Shown here piece after piece: positions 13,794 to 27,984 of a DNA stretch of 64,000 bases. Made by a program: the position numbers and the translations under genes. The stretch comes from Octopus sinensis (taxonomy: Eukaryota): assembly GCF_006345805.1 (NCBI RefSeq), contig NC_042998.1, positions 48,236,001-48,300,000 on the forward strand. Direction: 5' to 3'. The notes below the pieces were generated by a model, which did no database searches, was not told the origin of the DNA, and saw only the letters and a list, made by a program, of their open reading frames with translations. Every line of letters begins with the position of its first letter. Position 1 is the stretch's first letter.

Positions 13794-15468
13794 ATATGTT
13801 TGTGTGTCTGTGTTTGTCCCCATCAACATCGCTTGACAACCGATGGTTGTGTGTTTACGTCGCCGTAACTTAGCGGTCCGGCAAAAGGGACCGATAGAAT
13901 AAGTACTAGGCTTCAAAAGAATAAGCCCTGGAGTCAATTTGCTCAACTAAAGGTGGTACTCCAGCATGGCCGCAGTCAAATGACTGAAACATATGAAGTA
14001 AAAGTAAAGGAATCTCCTGCAGTTTCAAGGATGAGGTTCCAGTTTTGTTATCAACTGAACTTCGTACACATTAAATTGGTTCGTCAGTGGCTGAATATTC
14101 CATAGACATTTGTACCCTTAATTAATCAAGGCATACATGTATACATATATGTATGTATGTATATGTGCATTTGTGTGTATGTGTGCATGTGTGTGTCATT
14201 ATTCAGTTTTATTTCAGGAGTTCTTGCCAATAGAGAAAGAGCTGGTTTCTAACCTTGATTCAAGGCTCCTTCATTGGAATTGCAACATCAACAACAGGAT
14301 ATTTTTGTTTGTATGTATGTATGTATATGCATGCTTGCTTGCTTGTATCTTTATCTTTTATGCCTTTCTTGTTTCAGTCATTGTACTGCAGCCATGCTGG
14401 GGTTTAGTCAAACAAGCAACCCCAGTACTTATTTTTAAATCTTATACGAGCTCTATTGGGCTGATCTGCTGAACCATTAAGTCACAGGGATGTAAACAAA
14501 CCAACAAACACAAAGACACACACACACACACATACATGGGTCAGATGAAATTTGTTGAGGCAGATTTTCCACAACAGATGCCTTTCCTGTCACCAATCCT
14601 CACCCGTTTCTAAGCACTGTAATATTTCCCCATGGCTAGACATGTTTTTGCAGAAGATTGGGAATGGAAGGACATTGCTTATATGATAGTGACACTCATC
14701 TACAGTGTGATGTCAAGACAAGAACACACACACACACACACACATGCATACACAAACACATCTACTGACAAGAATTTGAATGGCCCAGACCTATAGTAGA
14801 AGACACTTGCCCAAGATGCCATGCAGTGGAACTTAACTTGAACCCATGTGGTGTGGAGGCAAACTTAACATTGTGGTGTGGAGGCAAACTTAAACCTCTA
14901 GAATTCAAATTATTCTGCCAAATGTAATACTTTTCATTCAAATTGTTTTTAATTAATTATGCATTATTTTGTAGCTTTGAAATTTTGATGATGTGATTGT
15001 ATATTTTATAATGACATCAAAGGGTAGGTGTGACAGGCTGGATCTGGCTGGTTAGAACATAAAAACAGATAGAATATTTTAGCCAGATATAACCAGTTTA
15101 AATGCTACAGGATTAACCTGAATCCAAGTGATGTGGATGCAAACTTCTTAACCATGTGATGGTGATGCTGGTGATTGTGTTGGAGGCAGCAGTAGTAAAG
15201 ATAAAACTGACTATATTCATTTCAAAGATTAGCAAAGATTACTTCATAGAAACATATCAGCATTAGGAATATAATGTTACAGTTAGTATTTTCTAAATGA
15301 AATGCTCCACTTAAATTACATTATAGAAACGAATTTGAATTTATATTTAATTTCTATTTTTAGATGCAGGTGTGGCTGTGTGGCTAAAAAGCTTGCTTTG
15401 CAATCATGAAGTTTTGGGTTCGGTCACATCACCTTGAGCAAATGTCTTCTAATATAGCTTTGGGCCAA

Positions 15469-15783
15469 GTGGAGGCGCAATGGCCCAGTGGTTAGGGCAG
15501 CGGACTCGCGGTCGGAGGATCGCGGTTTCGATTCCCAGACCGGGTGTTGTGTGTGTTTATTGAGCGAAAATACCTAAAAGCTCCATGAGGCTCCGGCAAG
15601 GGGTGGTGGCGACCCCAGTTGTACTCTTTTGCCACAACTTTCTCTCACTCTCTCTTCCTGTTTGTTGAGTAACGCTGCGATGGACTGGCACCCCCACCCA
15701 GCTGGGGGGAACACATATGCCACGGAAACCGGGAAACCGGGTTTATGAGCCTGGCTAGGCTTGAAAAGGGCGATGTTTATCCT
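15469..15783 (+). mobile_element. tRNA-derived SINE (family F head, alternative tail) inserted into a family A SINE
   Basis: 16-bp TSD tatagc(t/c)ttgggccaa at 15453-15468 and 15784-15799. Confidence 0.8.
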
Positions 15784-15857
15784 TATAGCCTTGGGCCAAC
15801 CAATGCCTTATGAATGAATTTGGTAGACAGAAACTATATGGAGGCCTGTTGTATATA

Positions 15858-16555
15858 CAGCACCATGAAAAAGTCTTCAGCCACTTTAAACTATTGTAAA
15901 TTTCTATTAATTGCCAAATTATAAGTGAATGTTTCGCATTGCATTTTTTACAGTTGAAACATTGACCCTGTTGGAGTCATTTCTATACCTAATCATTATA
16001 CTTTGTAGTAGGGTTTTTGAATGAGAGGGGAAGATGTGAGATGACCACCAAAAATGGCCGTGCAAAAGTTTTCAGCCACCTCATATAAAACAATCAAGAT
16101 ACATTGTTTTAAAACAGAAAAATGTCTATAATGAAAATTTATAACATAATGTTCATTTCAAGAAGTTATTGTACATTGTTAATATTTTATGTGGCTTCCC
16201 TTAGCTTGAATAACTTCTTCAATGTACATAGGAAGAGATGTGTACAGATCCTTCACCATCTTCACAGGTATGAGATGCCATTCTCTGTGGCTGAGCTTCC
16301 ACAACTCTACAAGATAGCATGGATTCTTCTGACAAACTCTTATCTTTAGTTCTGTCCACATTTACTCCATGATATTTAAGTCAGAGCTCTGAGCTGGCCA
16401 ATCTTTCAATATGGTAACACCTGCATCAGCTAGACTGTGTTGTGTTGCACACAATCTGTAGCACAGAGCTCTGCCATGCTGAAAAATCTCATAAGTTGCC
16501 AATTAGTAGAAATTTACAATAGTTTAAAGTGGCTGAAGACTTTTGCACAGTACTG
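15858..16555 (-). mobile_element. Internally deleted Tc1-like transposon
   Basis: ~48-bp TIRs (...aaaagtcttcagccactttaaactattgtaaatttcta), TA flanks, and Tc1 C-terminus QSSDLNIME*MWTELK...VIQAKGSHIKY. Inner repeat of the TIR motif at ~16060. Confidence 0.88.
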
Positions 16556-16577
16556 TATATATATAGATACATATATA

Positions 16578-16617
<40 letters not shown>

Positions 16618-16721
16618 GTGTGTGTGTGTGTGTGTATTAGTTCAAAGATGAACACAGGTGTAGGAACAACAAGCAAGTGTATTAGTTTGATGCTCAAGAA
16701 AAATGGAAAAGTCTTATATAC

Positions 16722-16769
<48 letters not shown>

Positions 16770-17072
16770 TATATAATCAGCATCATCATTTAACATCTGT
16801 TGTCCATGCTGATATGGGTCGGACAGTTTGACCAGGGCTGGCAAGTTGAGGAGTGAGGGGCTGCACCAGACTCCAGTCTGATTTGCCATGGTTCCTATGG
16901 CTGGATGCCCTTCCTAATGCCAACCACTCCGAGAGTGTAATGAGTCCTTTTACATGCCACTGGTATCTGCCATGACTATGATTTCACTTGGTTTGATGGG
17001 TCTTCTACTCAAACATGGCATGTTGCTGAAGGTCTCAGTCATTTGTCATTGCTTCTGTGAGGTCCAACGTTC

Positions 17073-17109
<37 letters not shown>

Positions 17110-18184
17110 AAATTTTATATGTGTATATATAAATATATTTATATGTAAATATGTAAAAATTAATGTGTGTGTGTATACATATATACACATACATAAATTT
17201 TTACATATACATATATATATATACATATTTATGTAAAATTTTATATATGTATCTATAAATATATTTATATGTAAATATGTAAAAATTTACGTGTGTGTAT
17301 ACATAAATTTTTACATATATATATTAATTATATTTATTTTTTGTTTTTTATGTTTTGGTTTATGTCTATCACTGTTTGAGTTGCCTAATAGTGGTTTTAT
17401 CTCTAATTTAATTTTTATATATATATATACATACATATATACATAGCATATATTTATCACTCTACTTGACAACTGGTGTTGGTTTGTTTACATCCCTGTA
17501 GCATAGCAGTTTTTGTTCAGATAATTTTTAGTATATACATTTGTCAAAGTTTTTTTTGCCACACATCTGTGATCTCATCAGTGACTCTCTGTCCCACTGT
17601 CTCCCCTTGTCCTGTTTATTCCAGTTACACACACAAATGCACAAGCACACTCACACACTTTCTCTCTCTAACCCTTCCTTCTAAGTGTTAAACTAATACA
17701 CTTATTTAAAGCTGTCCTCAAGTCGTCTTCTTTTTTTAGCTCACTGTCTAATAATCTATTAATACTTCAGTTGAGGCACTTCAGTTGATTGAACAAGTGA
17801 ATACTCATCATCAAAACTGACTGAGATTTATTTATTGTAATTTAGTTACTCTGTCACAGTAAAACACCATACTGGGTGATCTATCGTGTCAAGTGGGTAC
17901 CTCACTGTTTACGAATACCACCACTCTTAATGGCTTATGAACAAGTGGTTGAGTTACAAAATATACTTTATATACAAACACAACAGCTCAAGCTGCTACT
18001 ATTAAAATCTAGATATTTATTGAATTTAGTTGATGTTGCTTAACTGTTTAGCATTTAAACTGGTCAATAAATAAACCCCAGTCCCACTGCGTGGCATCTT
18101 GGGCAAGTGTCTTCTACTATAGCTTTGGGCTGACTAAAGCTTTGTCAGTGGATTTGGTAGACAGAAACTGGAAGAAGCCTGTCG

Positions 18185-18215
<31 letters not shown>

Positions 18216-20484
18216 GTGTGTATATGTTTGTGTGTCTGTGTTAATACCCCCACCATCACTTGTCAACCAATGCTGGTGTGTTTACGTCCCCGTAAACTAG
18301 AAGTTCAGCAAAAAAGACCGATAGAATAACCACAAGGCTTACAAAATATAATTCCTGGGGTCGATTTGCTCGGCTAAAGGTGATGCACCAGCATGGCTGC
18401 AGCCAATTGACTGAAACAAGTTAAAAAAAAAAAAAAAGAAAGAGTAAAAGAGGATATTTAGCCAAAATAGTCTATCTTTTTTTGTATTCAAACTGGACAG
18501 GTTCAGCCTCTCATACCTACTTAAAATGTCATTCCAAAAATAAATAATCACAACATTGAAATCTCGAAGTAATGAGATAATGCTTAATTAATTCAAAACA
18601 GCATGAATAAATAATCATTACATTTGACACAACAATATGAATGCTAAAGGGTTAATAATGATTTCAAATTTCGGCACAAAGCCAGCAATTTCATGGAGGG
18701 GTTAAGTCTGTTACATCAATTACAATGCTCAACTGGTACTTATTTTATCAAACCTGAAAGGATGAAAGGCAAAGTCATCCTCGGCAGGATTTTACCTCAG
18801 AACTTAAAGGCAGACAATATACTGCTAAGCTTTTTGTCTAGTGTGCTAACAATTCTGCTAGTTTGCCGCTTTTATGTTGTTTAGTAATCCTTTCTGCTAT
18901 AGGTACAAGGCCTGAAACTTGGGGAAGGGAAATAGTTGATTACATTGACTCAAGCACTCAGCTGGTACTTATTTCATCGAACCCGAAAGGATGAAAGGCA
19001 AAGTTGACCATGGTGGAATTTGAACTTGGAATGTAAAGACAGACAAAATACCACTTAAGTATTTTGCCTAGCATACTCTTTTACTTGTTTCAGTCATTTG
19101 ACTGTTGCCATGCTGGAGCACCGCCTTTAGTTGAGCAAATCGACCCAGGGATTTATTCTTTGTAAGCCTAGTACTTATTCTATCGGTCTCTTTTGCCAAA
19201 CCACTGTTACGGGGACGTAAACACACCAGCATCAGTTGTCAAGCGATGTTGGAGGGACAAACACAGACACACAAACATATACACACACATACATATATAA
19301 ATATATATATATATATACATATATATGACAGGCTTCTTTCAGTTTCCATCTACCAAATCCACTCACAAGGCTTTGGTCGGCCTGAGGCTATAGTAGAAGA
19401 CACTTGCCCAAGGTGCCACGCAGTGGGACTGAACCCAGAACCATGTGGTCAGTAAGCAAGCTACTTACAACACAGCCACTCCTACGCCTATGGCATGCTA
19501 ATAATTCTGCCTGCTCACCACTTTCATGTTGTCTTTAATAATAATAATTAGTTTGTTGTATACAGTGCCCATGTGTTCTACAACTCATCAGGAAAAAGTA
19601 AAAGAGGGGACAGAAAACAGCAGTAAGTCAAACAATGAAAGACAGCAAAGAAAGCGATGAAAAGTACATGCACAGTACATAGAACAAAGCAGACAGATAG
19701 TAAAAGAGCAAAAAAGGGAAAATTTGAGAAGCATGGAATTTTTGAAGGCTGCATTGTCCTGATAGCTAACGCAAAGCCAAGACAGATAGTTTTTCCACGC
19801 TTCAAGAAGCCTGAGCGTGAAAGAATAAAGTCAACCTATGATCAAGGGCATTCTAGTTATGACCATACTGTATTTTGGTTGGGAATTGTGTATCTGGGAT
19901 TTTATTATCGAACGTGCCATGCCTTTTTAAGATGGTAGGGTGTAATTTGACGGAGATTTGGTTGCTATTCATAACAAGTTAAATGGCCACATTGAGAATT
20001 CCTTGTTGTTCAGAGTAATTTTCTTTTATTCTTTTACTTGTTTCAGTCATTTGACTGCGGCCATGCTGGAGTACTGCCTTTAGTCGAGCAAATCGACCCC
20101 AGGGCTTATTCTTTGGAAGCCTAGTACTTATTCTATCAGTCTCTTTTGCTGAACCGCTAAGTTACGGGGACATAAACACACCAGCATCGGTTGTCAAGCG
20201 ATGGGGGGGGGGGCAAACACAGACACACAAACATATATATATACACATATACGACGGGCTTCTTCCAGTTTCTGTCTACCAAATCCACTCACAAGGCTTT
20301 TGGTCAGACTGAGGCTAAAATAGAAGACACTTGCCCAAGGTGCCACCTGGTGGGACTGAACCCATGACCATGTGGTTGGTAAGCAAGCTTACCACACCAC
20401 ACACCACACAGCCACTCCTGCACCTAAATTCCACGTCGGCCCTGATCGAAAAGACTTCTGATCAATAACATTCAAACTGTGAAC

Positions 20485-20519
<35 letters not shown>

Positions 20520-21204
20520 ATAATATATTTAGGTATACATTATCATTCGTATCTTTCCTTTACTTTTCAAGGCGGTGGAATGAGATTTAATAGAGATTTG
20601 ACTATTATTTCTCGCATGTCGATTGAGATGCAAGAGGGGCTTATTTTTATTGTTGTCACGGCTAATTTTGAAGACTATCCAAAACATAGCGAGGTAGAGG
20701 ATATCTAAATACTAATTTTCTCTGTCGTTTGTATTCTTGGACCTATTAACATGGATATCAAAGGCAGCGAGCTGGCAGAATCGTTAACAAACCGGGCAAA
20801 ATGCTTACCGGCATTTCTTCCGCCTTCTCGTTCTAAGTTCAAATTCCGCTGAAGTCGACTTTCACTTTTATCCTTCCGAAGTCGATAAAGTAAGTACCAG
20901 TCGAGCACTGGGGTCGATGTAATCGATTTACCCACGCCCTGAACTTACTTGTTTTGTGTCAAAATTTGAAATCAATATAAATATCTATATATTTATACTT
21001 TAAAAAAAATTCATAATCTGAAAGTCTCCACGTTTTACTTTCTCTCGTCTTGCATGTACACATAGATACATATTTTGCATTTCATACCCAAATAGATATA
21101 GTTCATATATTTGACGTATCTAATTTGTTTATCCGCATACTTGTCTACACACACACACACAGATATCGTCAATAGTTCACATATCCGGAAAAAAGCACAC
21201 TATA

Positions 21205-21441
21205 TCTATTTCTTTACTACCCGCAAGGGGCTAAATATAGAGTGGACAAACAAGGACAGACAAACGGATTAAGTCGATTATATCGACCCCAGTGCGTAAC
21301 TGGTACTTATTTAATCGACTCCGAAAGGATGAAAGGCAAAGTCGACCTCGGCGAAATTTGAACTCAGAACGTAGAGGCTGACGAAATACTGCTAAGCATT
21401 TCGCCCGGCGTGCTAACTTTTCTGCCAGCTCGCCGCCTCAA
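21205..21441 (-). mobile_element. tRNA-derived SINE family B (well-preserved copy)
   Basis: Head ggcggcgagctggcagaa...gagttcaaatt; core ctttcatcctttcggggtcgat-aagtaccag resembles the Deu/Nin-type SINE domain from memory. More than 20 copies in the window, e.g. 20762, 24350, 29778, 31228, 35912, 44390, 59590, 60860, 62456 and 63800. Confidence 0.85.
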
Positions 21442-22527
21442 AGCACACTATATCATTAGAGCCATAATAATTAACTCCTTAAATATATATATTAAGAAAT
21501 ACACACACACACTCTTTCCCTTCCTTTTAAGCGCTGAAATGATACATTTGCTAAAAGTTGTCCGCGTGTTGTCTTTTTTTTTATTTTTCACCTCACTGTC
21601 TAATATATTGATACTTTTTTTTCATAGATCCATAAACAGTTGAAAACTGTCAATCGCCCACAAAAGTCAAACAGGAACAACAATAAACACAAGAACATCA
21701 CTCATTTCGTCATTAACCCCCCAAATATTTTAAATTTGAAATTTAAAAAAAACAAGGATATAGGGTTTTTTTTTTACCCTGTGGCTTCTTTACCATTTCT
21801 AAGGAGGCGTAGCAACGAAAACGCAAGCTAATTAGAAACAATAATAACACAAAGTACCGAGAAATAATGAATGGAAAGAGAAAGTAATTTTGAATACGGG
21901 TATTTCTATATTAATTGTCGTACATTCGCTATGTAATTGTAAATATTAAACTGAATGAGGGGGTGATCGAACATTGATAGAGACCCTACCAAAAATCCAG
22001 TTATGTGTGTTTACAGTTTCGAATCTAAGTTTCAACTCCTCCTAAACACCGAGAGAGTTTCTACGTGATCATCTATCTGTTAGAAAAAAAAAGTCAGTCA
22101 CGTAGCTCTCAAATTACACCCAATCGTCTTAAAAAGGTAAAGACACATCGGATTATGTAATCTAAAATAAAAAGGCAGGATGGTCAGAGTTGGAACATCT
22201 TTGGTCATAAGTCTGTTCAATCAGAGTTGACCTACGGCTAAACAAAACAATCTCAAGTTACCGGCACAGTTTAATGATGTGTAACGAAGCATAATAAAAC
22301 AATGGAAATATAAATGCAGGTAGGAGACCAAAGAAGAAGTGTTTACGTAAATATGTGTACAATATAAACAGGTGCATAATACTTTGTACCCATTAATTAG
22401 TTTCCTAACGAAGTGATTATTTACGACAGGAAGAAAAGGGGAGGAAAGAAATTGATCAAATTAAACACCAGCATTCTCCCTCGCTCCCCCACACTTTTTT
22501 TTATTTATTACGGAAATATCAGCTTAC

Positions 22528-22635
22528 CTGCCCACTGCTGAAAGCAAACACCAGCGCCGATCCGACTGCTGTGAGGCCCCATGTAAATAAAGTCCCGAGC
22601 AGTGCCTGTACAAGAGGACTGTATTCTTTTATCAT
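22528..22635 (-). CDS. slc39a11: Zinc transporter ZIP11, first coding exon (108 nt)
   Basis: ATG at 22635 gives MIKEYSPLVQALLGTLFTWGLTAVGSALVFAFSSGQ, then donor CAG|gtaagc. Closely resembles the ZIP11 N-terminus as recalled (QALLGTFFTWGMTAAGAALVFVFSSGQ). Confidence 0.93.
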
Positions 22636-23060
22636 GGTTTTCGATTTTCACAACAACCAAAGGGTTTTTTTTTTTTTCTCCTTTTCACACGTTAAAAGAA
22701 TATTGTGTGAGAGATTATCTAAATATTAAAATGTGTCCCAAAGATATTGGCTTAAGTCGGCATCGTGGAACTTGTCAAAACCGCAGCCGTCGTCGTGGTG
22801 TTAGTTCCTGTGACTGAAGAACATCAATAATAACAACACGAGTCGGCGAGAAGAGTTGGTGGTGCCACGGAGAAAGTTTACAGAACGCTTTTATTCGAGT
22901 CTCCTTGCATATAAGAGTGAGATGAATAACTTTTAATTATCTCCCTTACACGTAAGCACTCGTTCTGTTCTACAGTTACTTAAAATTTTGCTGAGTTTGT
23001 TGTTTGCCAACAAACCAGTCCCAGCCAATGAAAAACTTCCAGCCGTGACCTATCGAGTTG
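22636..23060 (-). promoter_or_regulatory. Putative 5'UTR/promoter of ZIP11
   Basis: Non-repetitive, CpG-containing sequence directly upstream of the ATG, with no obvious splice acceptor. CCAAT at 23025-23029 (inverted relative to the gene). TSS not determinable. Confidence 0.5.
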
Positions 23061-23258
23061 AAATTATTCAATCTCTTCCTTTCTACCTTTTTCTTTCTTT
23101 CTCTCATTTCTGTCCCTTCTCTCTATCTCTCTCTCTTTTTGTACCACCCTATTTTTCTATCTATTGATCTCTCTCTCTCTCTCTCTGTAATCATTAAGTA
23201 CAACGTCATCACCTTATCAAATAATAATTTCGTGGCACTTAGGAAGATAAAAAATGTA

Positions 23259-23682
23259 GGATCTTTTCGGTTTGAACGGCAGTTTTTAAAAATAATTTCC
23301 ACGTAACTAAAAAATTTTAAACTTCGTATACTGGTAGAATGTATTTATAAAACATCTTCTCTTGGCTTTATTGAGAAAATTCTACAGTTTGTAAGATATT
23401 TGTTGTTTTTTTTCTCTCCAATTTCTGCAATTTCAACCAATCAATGACGTCTATTGAGGTATTAAAAACATTCTGTGCCGTATGAATATGTCCCTCGTTT
23501 AAGAAACAGATTGGGTTTATTTACATTTGTGAAGAAAAAAAGGTACTCTTACCCCTACCCCTAATCCTAACTAACCCTAAAACAGATTGAAATGCAATAG
23601 ATCGATACTAGGGTCATAATTATGGGTGACAATTTCACATGACACCGCTAGAAAAAAACTGCCGTTCAAACCGAAAAGATCC
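23259..23682. mobile_element. ~420-bp TIR element with internal telomere-like (CCCTAA) repeats, copy 1
   Basis: Ends ggatcttttcggtttgaacggcagtttt and aaaactgccgttcaaaccgaaaagatcc; flanked by a 33/35-bp direct repeat. Confidence 0.85.
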
Positions 23683-24959
23683 CAATTTCGTGGCACTTAG
23701 GAAAATAAAAAAAATGTAACTTTGCATTTCGAAAGGGTAACGATAGAGTAGACGTTAAAATGTAACACACAGACCCTATTATCTGAATGCTGTGCTACCT
23801 AACTAACGAATAAATGTAACTAAATTATAACAACTCAAATATCATTAAATTACAGATAGAGGTCTGGATATTATTGAATGAATTTGCAAACTATATATAT
23901 TGTCTCAGGATACTAAGTTTTACTTTGCATCCGGCGCTGTAGGAGCAGCGTAAATGATGGAGATAGTGAAGTGGAATTAGTACGTATATAATGTTTCAAG
24001 TTATGAACGCCAACTTTATTTAGAAAACCTTAATTTGCTGAGCTTGATTAAAAAGACTTTTCTTCCTTCCCGTCGCTGTTCCTTTCTCTCTTTCTTTCTC
24101 TTTCATGCTTTCTTGGGGTTTTTTTTTCCTTTCTTCTTACTGCCGACGTTCTGTCAACTCAGCCAGCCTATAGAATCCTAAAATGTAATAAATACTTTGA
24201 AACTTACTTTAAATGTAACGAAAATACCTTACTGAAACAAGCATTTTCAAAATTATCTCTAACAGAATGCAGCTTCCGAAACATGTACTTTAATTCCATT
24301 TAATTACACTCCTTAAGATAAGCTGAGATTTAGTTAATAACAATAATAATCCTTTCTAATAAAGTCACAAGGCCTGACATTTGATGGGATGGGACTAGTC
24401 GATTACATCGACCCCAGTACTTCACTGGTACTTAATTTATCGACCCCGAAAGGATGAAAGACAAAGTCTACCTCGGCGGAATTTGAACTCAGAACGTAGC
24501 GACGAGCGAAATACCTATTTCTTTACTACCCACAAGGGGCTAAACACAGAGAGGACAAACAAGGACAGACAAACGGATTAAGTCGATTATATCGACCTTA
24601 GTGCGTAACTGGTACTTAATTTATCGACCTCTAAATGATGAAAGGCAAGGAAATTAAAACAAGAAATAATCCAGCAAATGGGTTACGACTTCCGAGGGCT
24701 GCTCGTGGAAACTTCGCAAAACCACGGTCATCGTGACCATGAGGGTGAGTGACTTCCCCTTATCTTCCTTCTTCTACAGGTTCGTTCACTTGGATCATCC
24801 TTACCACTCTCGTTGACTTTTCAACAGGTTTGCTGGAAGGATGCACTTATCTGTCTCCGTTCAATTTCCTTTTCAAGTGGAACTTGGAAAATGTCGACGA
24901 CGACTTGTTCAAAGAGGAAGGCGACTATCTTCAATCTTTCATTTTTTAAGTGACTATCT

Positions 24960-27060
24960 TCAGTCCTTTCTCTAAGGTCATCAAACAGATAAAGATTACT
25001 CGTCCTTCCCGGCTGAAAGAAGGCGGCAGAACGATCTTCACAATAGATTCAGTTGAAGTAAGATCCGTCATACCCGCGACAGCAGGTGTTTGTATATAAC
25101 TCTACAAGTTAGTAATGTACGGGGACGGACAGTGCATGCAGAACAGTTTCTTTGCTCTGCGCGCATCGTGGAGCCGCTCGGTTAACGGCTCTTTCACAAA
25201 TGTAGAGATTGTCTCGACCCAGCCATGTTCCTTCTCGCCTCGGTAACTCTGCCAAACCAGAAATTTCTGAAAATTATCCATTGACTAGTAGAGAGGGATA
25301 GAATAGGTTGTTCACAGTTGAAAGTGCTCAGCTACAAAGACCATAGATATGTGATTTGTGCCATCAACCGAGACAGCCTTCATTGGCAGAGACCTGGTTA
25401 CTGGAAACTGAACGCGTCTTTCTCGACGCGAAAGCTTCGGAGACCGGCTTAGTGTATAACTTTAGCTGGAGTTGACAGAGGCAATCGTCAGCAATTGATG
25501 GTTATTAGAGGAGAGTCGAGAATGTTTAGGAAGGAAATATTGATCGAGAACTGTCGACTAGAGAGAAATTTATTTAGGAAAATAGATAGAGCACTTAAGC
25601 ATAGCGACTGACATACAGCGGCGAGATTAACCCTCGATAAATTCTTCAATGCAAAGAACGAAGGTTACGTTATCAGAGCGAGTATGCGTGCTCTACGACA
25701 TGAAAAAATAAAAGATGTTCGATGGGCCCAGGTGACGGAGGCCTTTCAACAAAGCCACAAATCGGTCTTTGACGGATCGGAAGGTATGTGTTTCAAGCAT
25801 ATGCGAGCGGCTTTTCACCTGTTTGGAGTGAATGGCGATTCGGAGACGAGGGTTTTACCACCGGCCTGTCGCCTCTCTCGACTAAGGATGCAGGACTCAG
25901 CGGAAAGCCGATAACAGCTGATGAAATAGCAGAGCGGTGGTTGGCAGCACGAAGGAGACGTCGATGCGGCTTGATAGTCTGTTCTATAAACTTTATCTTC
26001 ATATGACATATTTCTTCAAGGACTTCTGGGCAAATGAGCTGAGACGAAATTATCCCTGAAAGGTAAGGCTGAGATGTCAAACGGTTTCATCGCATCAATC
26101 ATCTACTACCACGTGGCTGTCATGTCTTTCTCCACTTCATGGAGCACTTGCTCTTCTGCTTTCTGAAGAGCGGACAGATTCCGTTTATCAGACGGTCCGT
26201 TTATTTTCAACATCCGCAGCATGGACAATTGGGTATGCCGTGACAAAGGATGCGCAAACATATGCTGAGAGTACGGCATCTGCAGCGTCTCCTTGACGGT
26301 GAACTAGTGTGGTCGCCGTTTGTCACTCCACTTTTCCACAGCCTGTCTCTTTGATTGAGCTACAATACTGGATCAAGCGTAGACCGAGGCAGAATGCCTG
26401 ACACCTAGAGTGTTGTGAGGCACTCATATACCTCTACCAGTTGGGTAATGCAGTCGGTGGCAGTTCCACTGCAGACGTGGTAGTGCCGTCAATTGGACCT
26501 ACCCGACATGCGTTTAGAGCGACCGAATCGTCCTGAATATATTCCTACAGTGACTGAGCATTGCTGACTTATGGAATCATATTGAACATCTACTATCGGC
26601 CATTTCCATTGTGAAAATTGACCCGTTGCCTCTTTTGGCTGGGAAGCTCTGGCAGTTTTCTTCTGTCTAGTAGTTATGGCGAAAGAAGCTGTGTGGTAGA
26701 CGAGGTTGAAAATACTGAAAACAATGTTTTTCCTCTTCCATTAAGTCCTCTTTGACATTTTAAAGTTCTATTTAAAAAGGATGGTGAGTGTGAAGAGGGA
26801 GTTGTTGCCTTCCCAGTGAATTTGTTGAAAAGTGGGTTGGCATGAGGGATGGGTCTGTTTTGAATCTATGCCTGCAGCTGGAGAGAACGTATAAGAGAGG
26901 GGTGCCTCCCTGTCGTGTCGAGTCGTGTCCGAGGTGATCCAGGATCGGTGAGATTCTTTGACTGACCATAGGATAGTACTTCCCCCTATTGGGGAATTTT
27001 GTTGTCATCAATTTCCTTGTTAATTGTCATTGTGTTGTTGTAAATCCCTACTGTCCCCAT
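24960..27060 (+). mobile_element. Degenerate Tx1/L1-clade LINE with the RT core deleted
   Basis: PGYWKLNAS at 25393, RALRHE, KLSLKGKAEMSNGFIASIIYYH and a Tx1-like C-terminus; many stops and frameshifts. Confidence 0.75.
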
Positions 27061-27136
27061 TGTCCTAAAACATTTTTTCTACCCTTATTGTCATTAAAGA
27101 AATTATTCTTGTTGTTGTTAAATCACTCTGGGACAA

Positions 27137-27209
<73 letters not shown>

Positions 27210-27399
27210 CAATTGAGGAAGTAGCTCTAGCATAGTTGAGATAAGGCTCCTAAATGAAGAAACAGCAAAGGAAAATTCGATCACAACATTAAAGATTGAC
27301 GAATTGCTACTGATTACAACATACCTCGGTCAGAGGTTAGGGACACTTGTTGTAAATTTAAGAACAAGATATAATAGAAAAATAACATTTAATGTTATA

Positions 27400-27760
27400 T
27401 TCGGGACGAGTATAGCTGTCAGCTGAATCTATAATAAAGATGATACCGCCAACTGGACTCACAAAGGAAGGTAAGGCATGTGTTTACTGTACGGTTGCAG
27501 TGCTGAAAGAGTGTGTTTGGAGGACGAGAATGGAATGTTCTGTGAAAGGGTCCTTCATCTCTGGCCACGGTTTGCTGTCTTACTTCAGACACCATCTGAA
27601 GAGCAAGATGGGGTTAGAGAGGAAGACCCTGCCACCGAGAAAATACGAGAAACGATGGAACGATGTGATGAGAAAGGTGGTAGTAACCCAGCTTAATCAT
27701 TGATGAAAGGAAAAGATAGTTGCTGGGCCTTATAGGCTGCCGGGTTCGATCTTTTAAACT
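27400..27760 (+). mobile_element. Second Tx1-like C-terminal fragment
   Basis: VAVLKECVWRTR...FISGHGLLSYFRHHLKSKMGLERKTL...KRW. Confidence 0.6.
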
Positions 27761-27984
27761 TCTATTCGTTTTCTTGCTTTGTTTTCTTTCTTTAAAAAAA
27801 AAAAGTTCTAGTCTAAGGATAGATTAATAGTTATATAAATTATTTTTATGTAAATTTTAAAAATGATATCATACGAACTCATATAACATTGTTGTTTGTT
27901 TTGTAGAGTCACTTTCTGTATAAGATCATTTTGATCATAATAAAGATTCCATTTAATGTTATATTCTTTATCAATAAGTACAAT

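Noticed and set aside
19578-19938. Lys-rich ORFs or possible exon in the ZIP11 intron
   Set aside because: No recognisable domain, stops in the most protein-like frame, and not needed for ZIP11 phase.
22636-23100. Metal-response elements (TGCRCNC) upstream of ZIP11
   Set aside because: None found by eye on either strand.
23550-23582. Interstitial telomere or chromosome-fusion scar
   Set aside because: Only a few degenerate CCCTAA units, at the same place in all three TIR-element copies.
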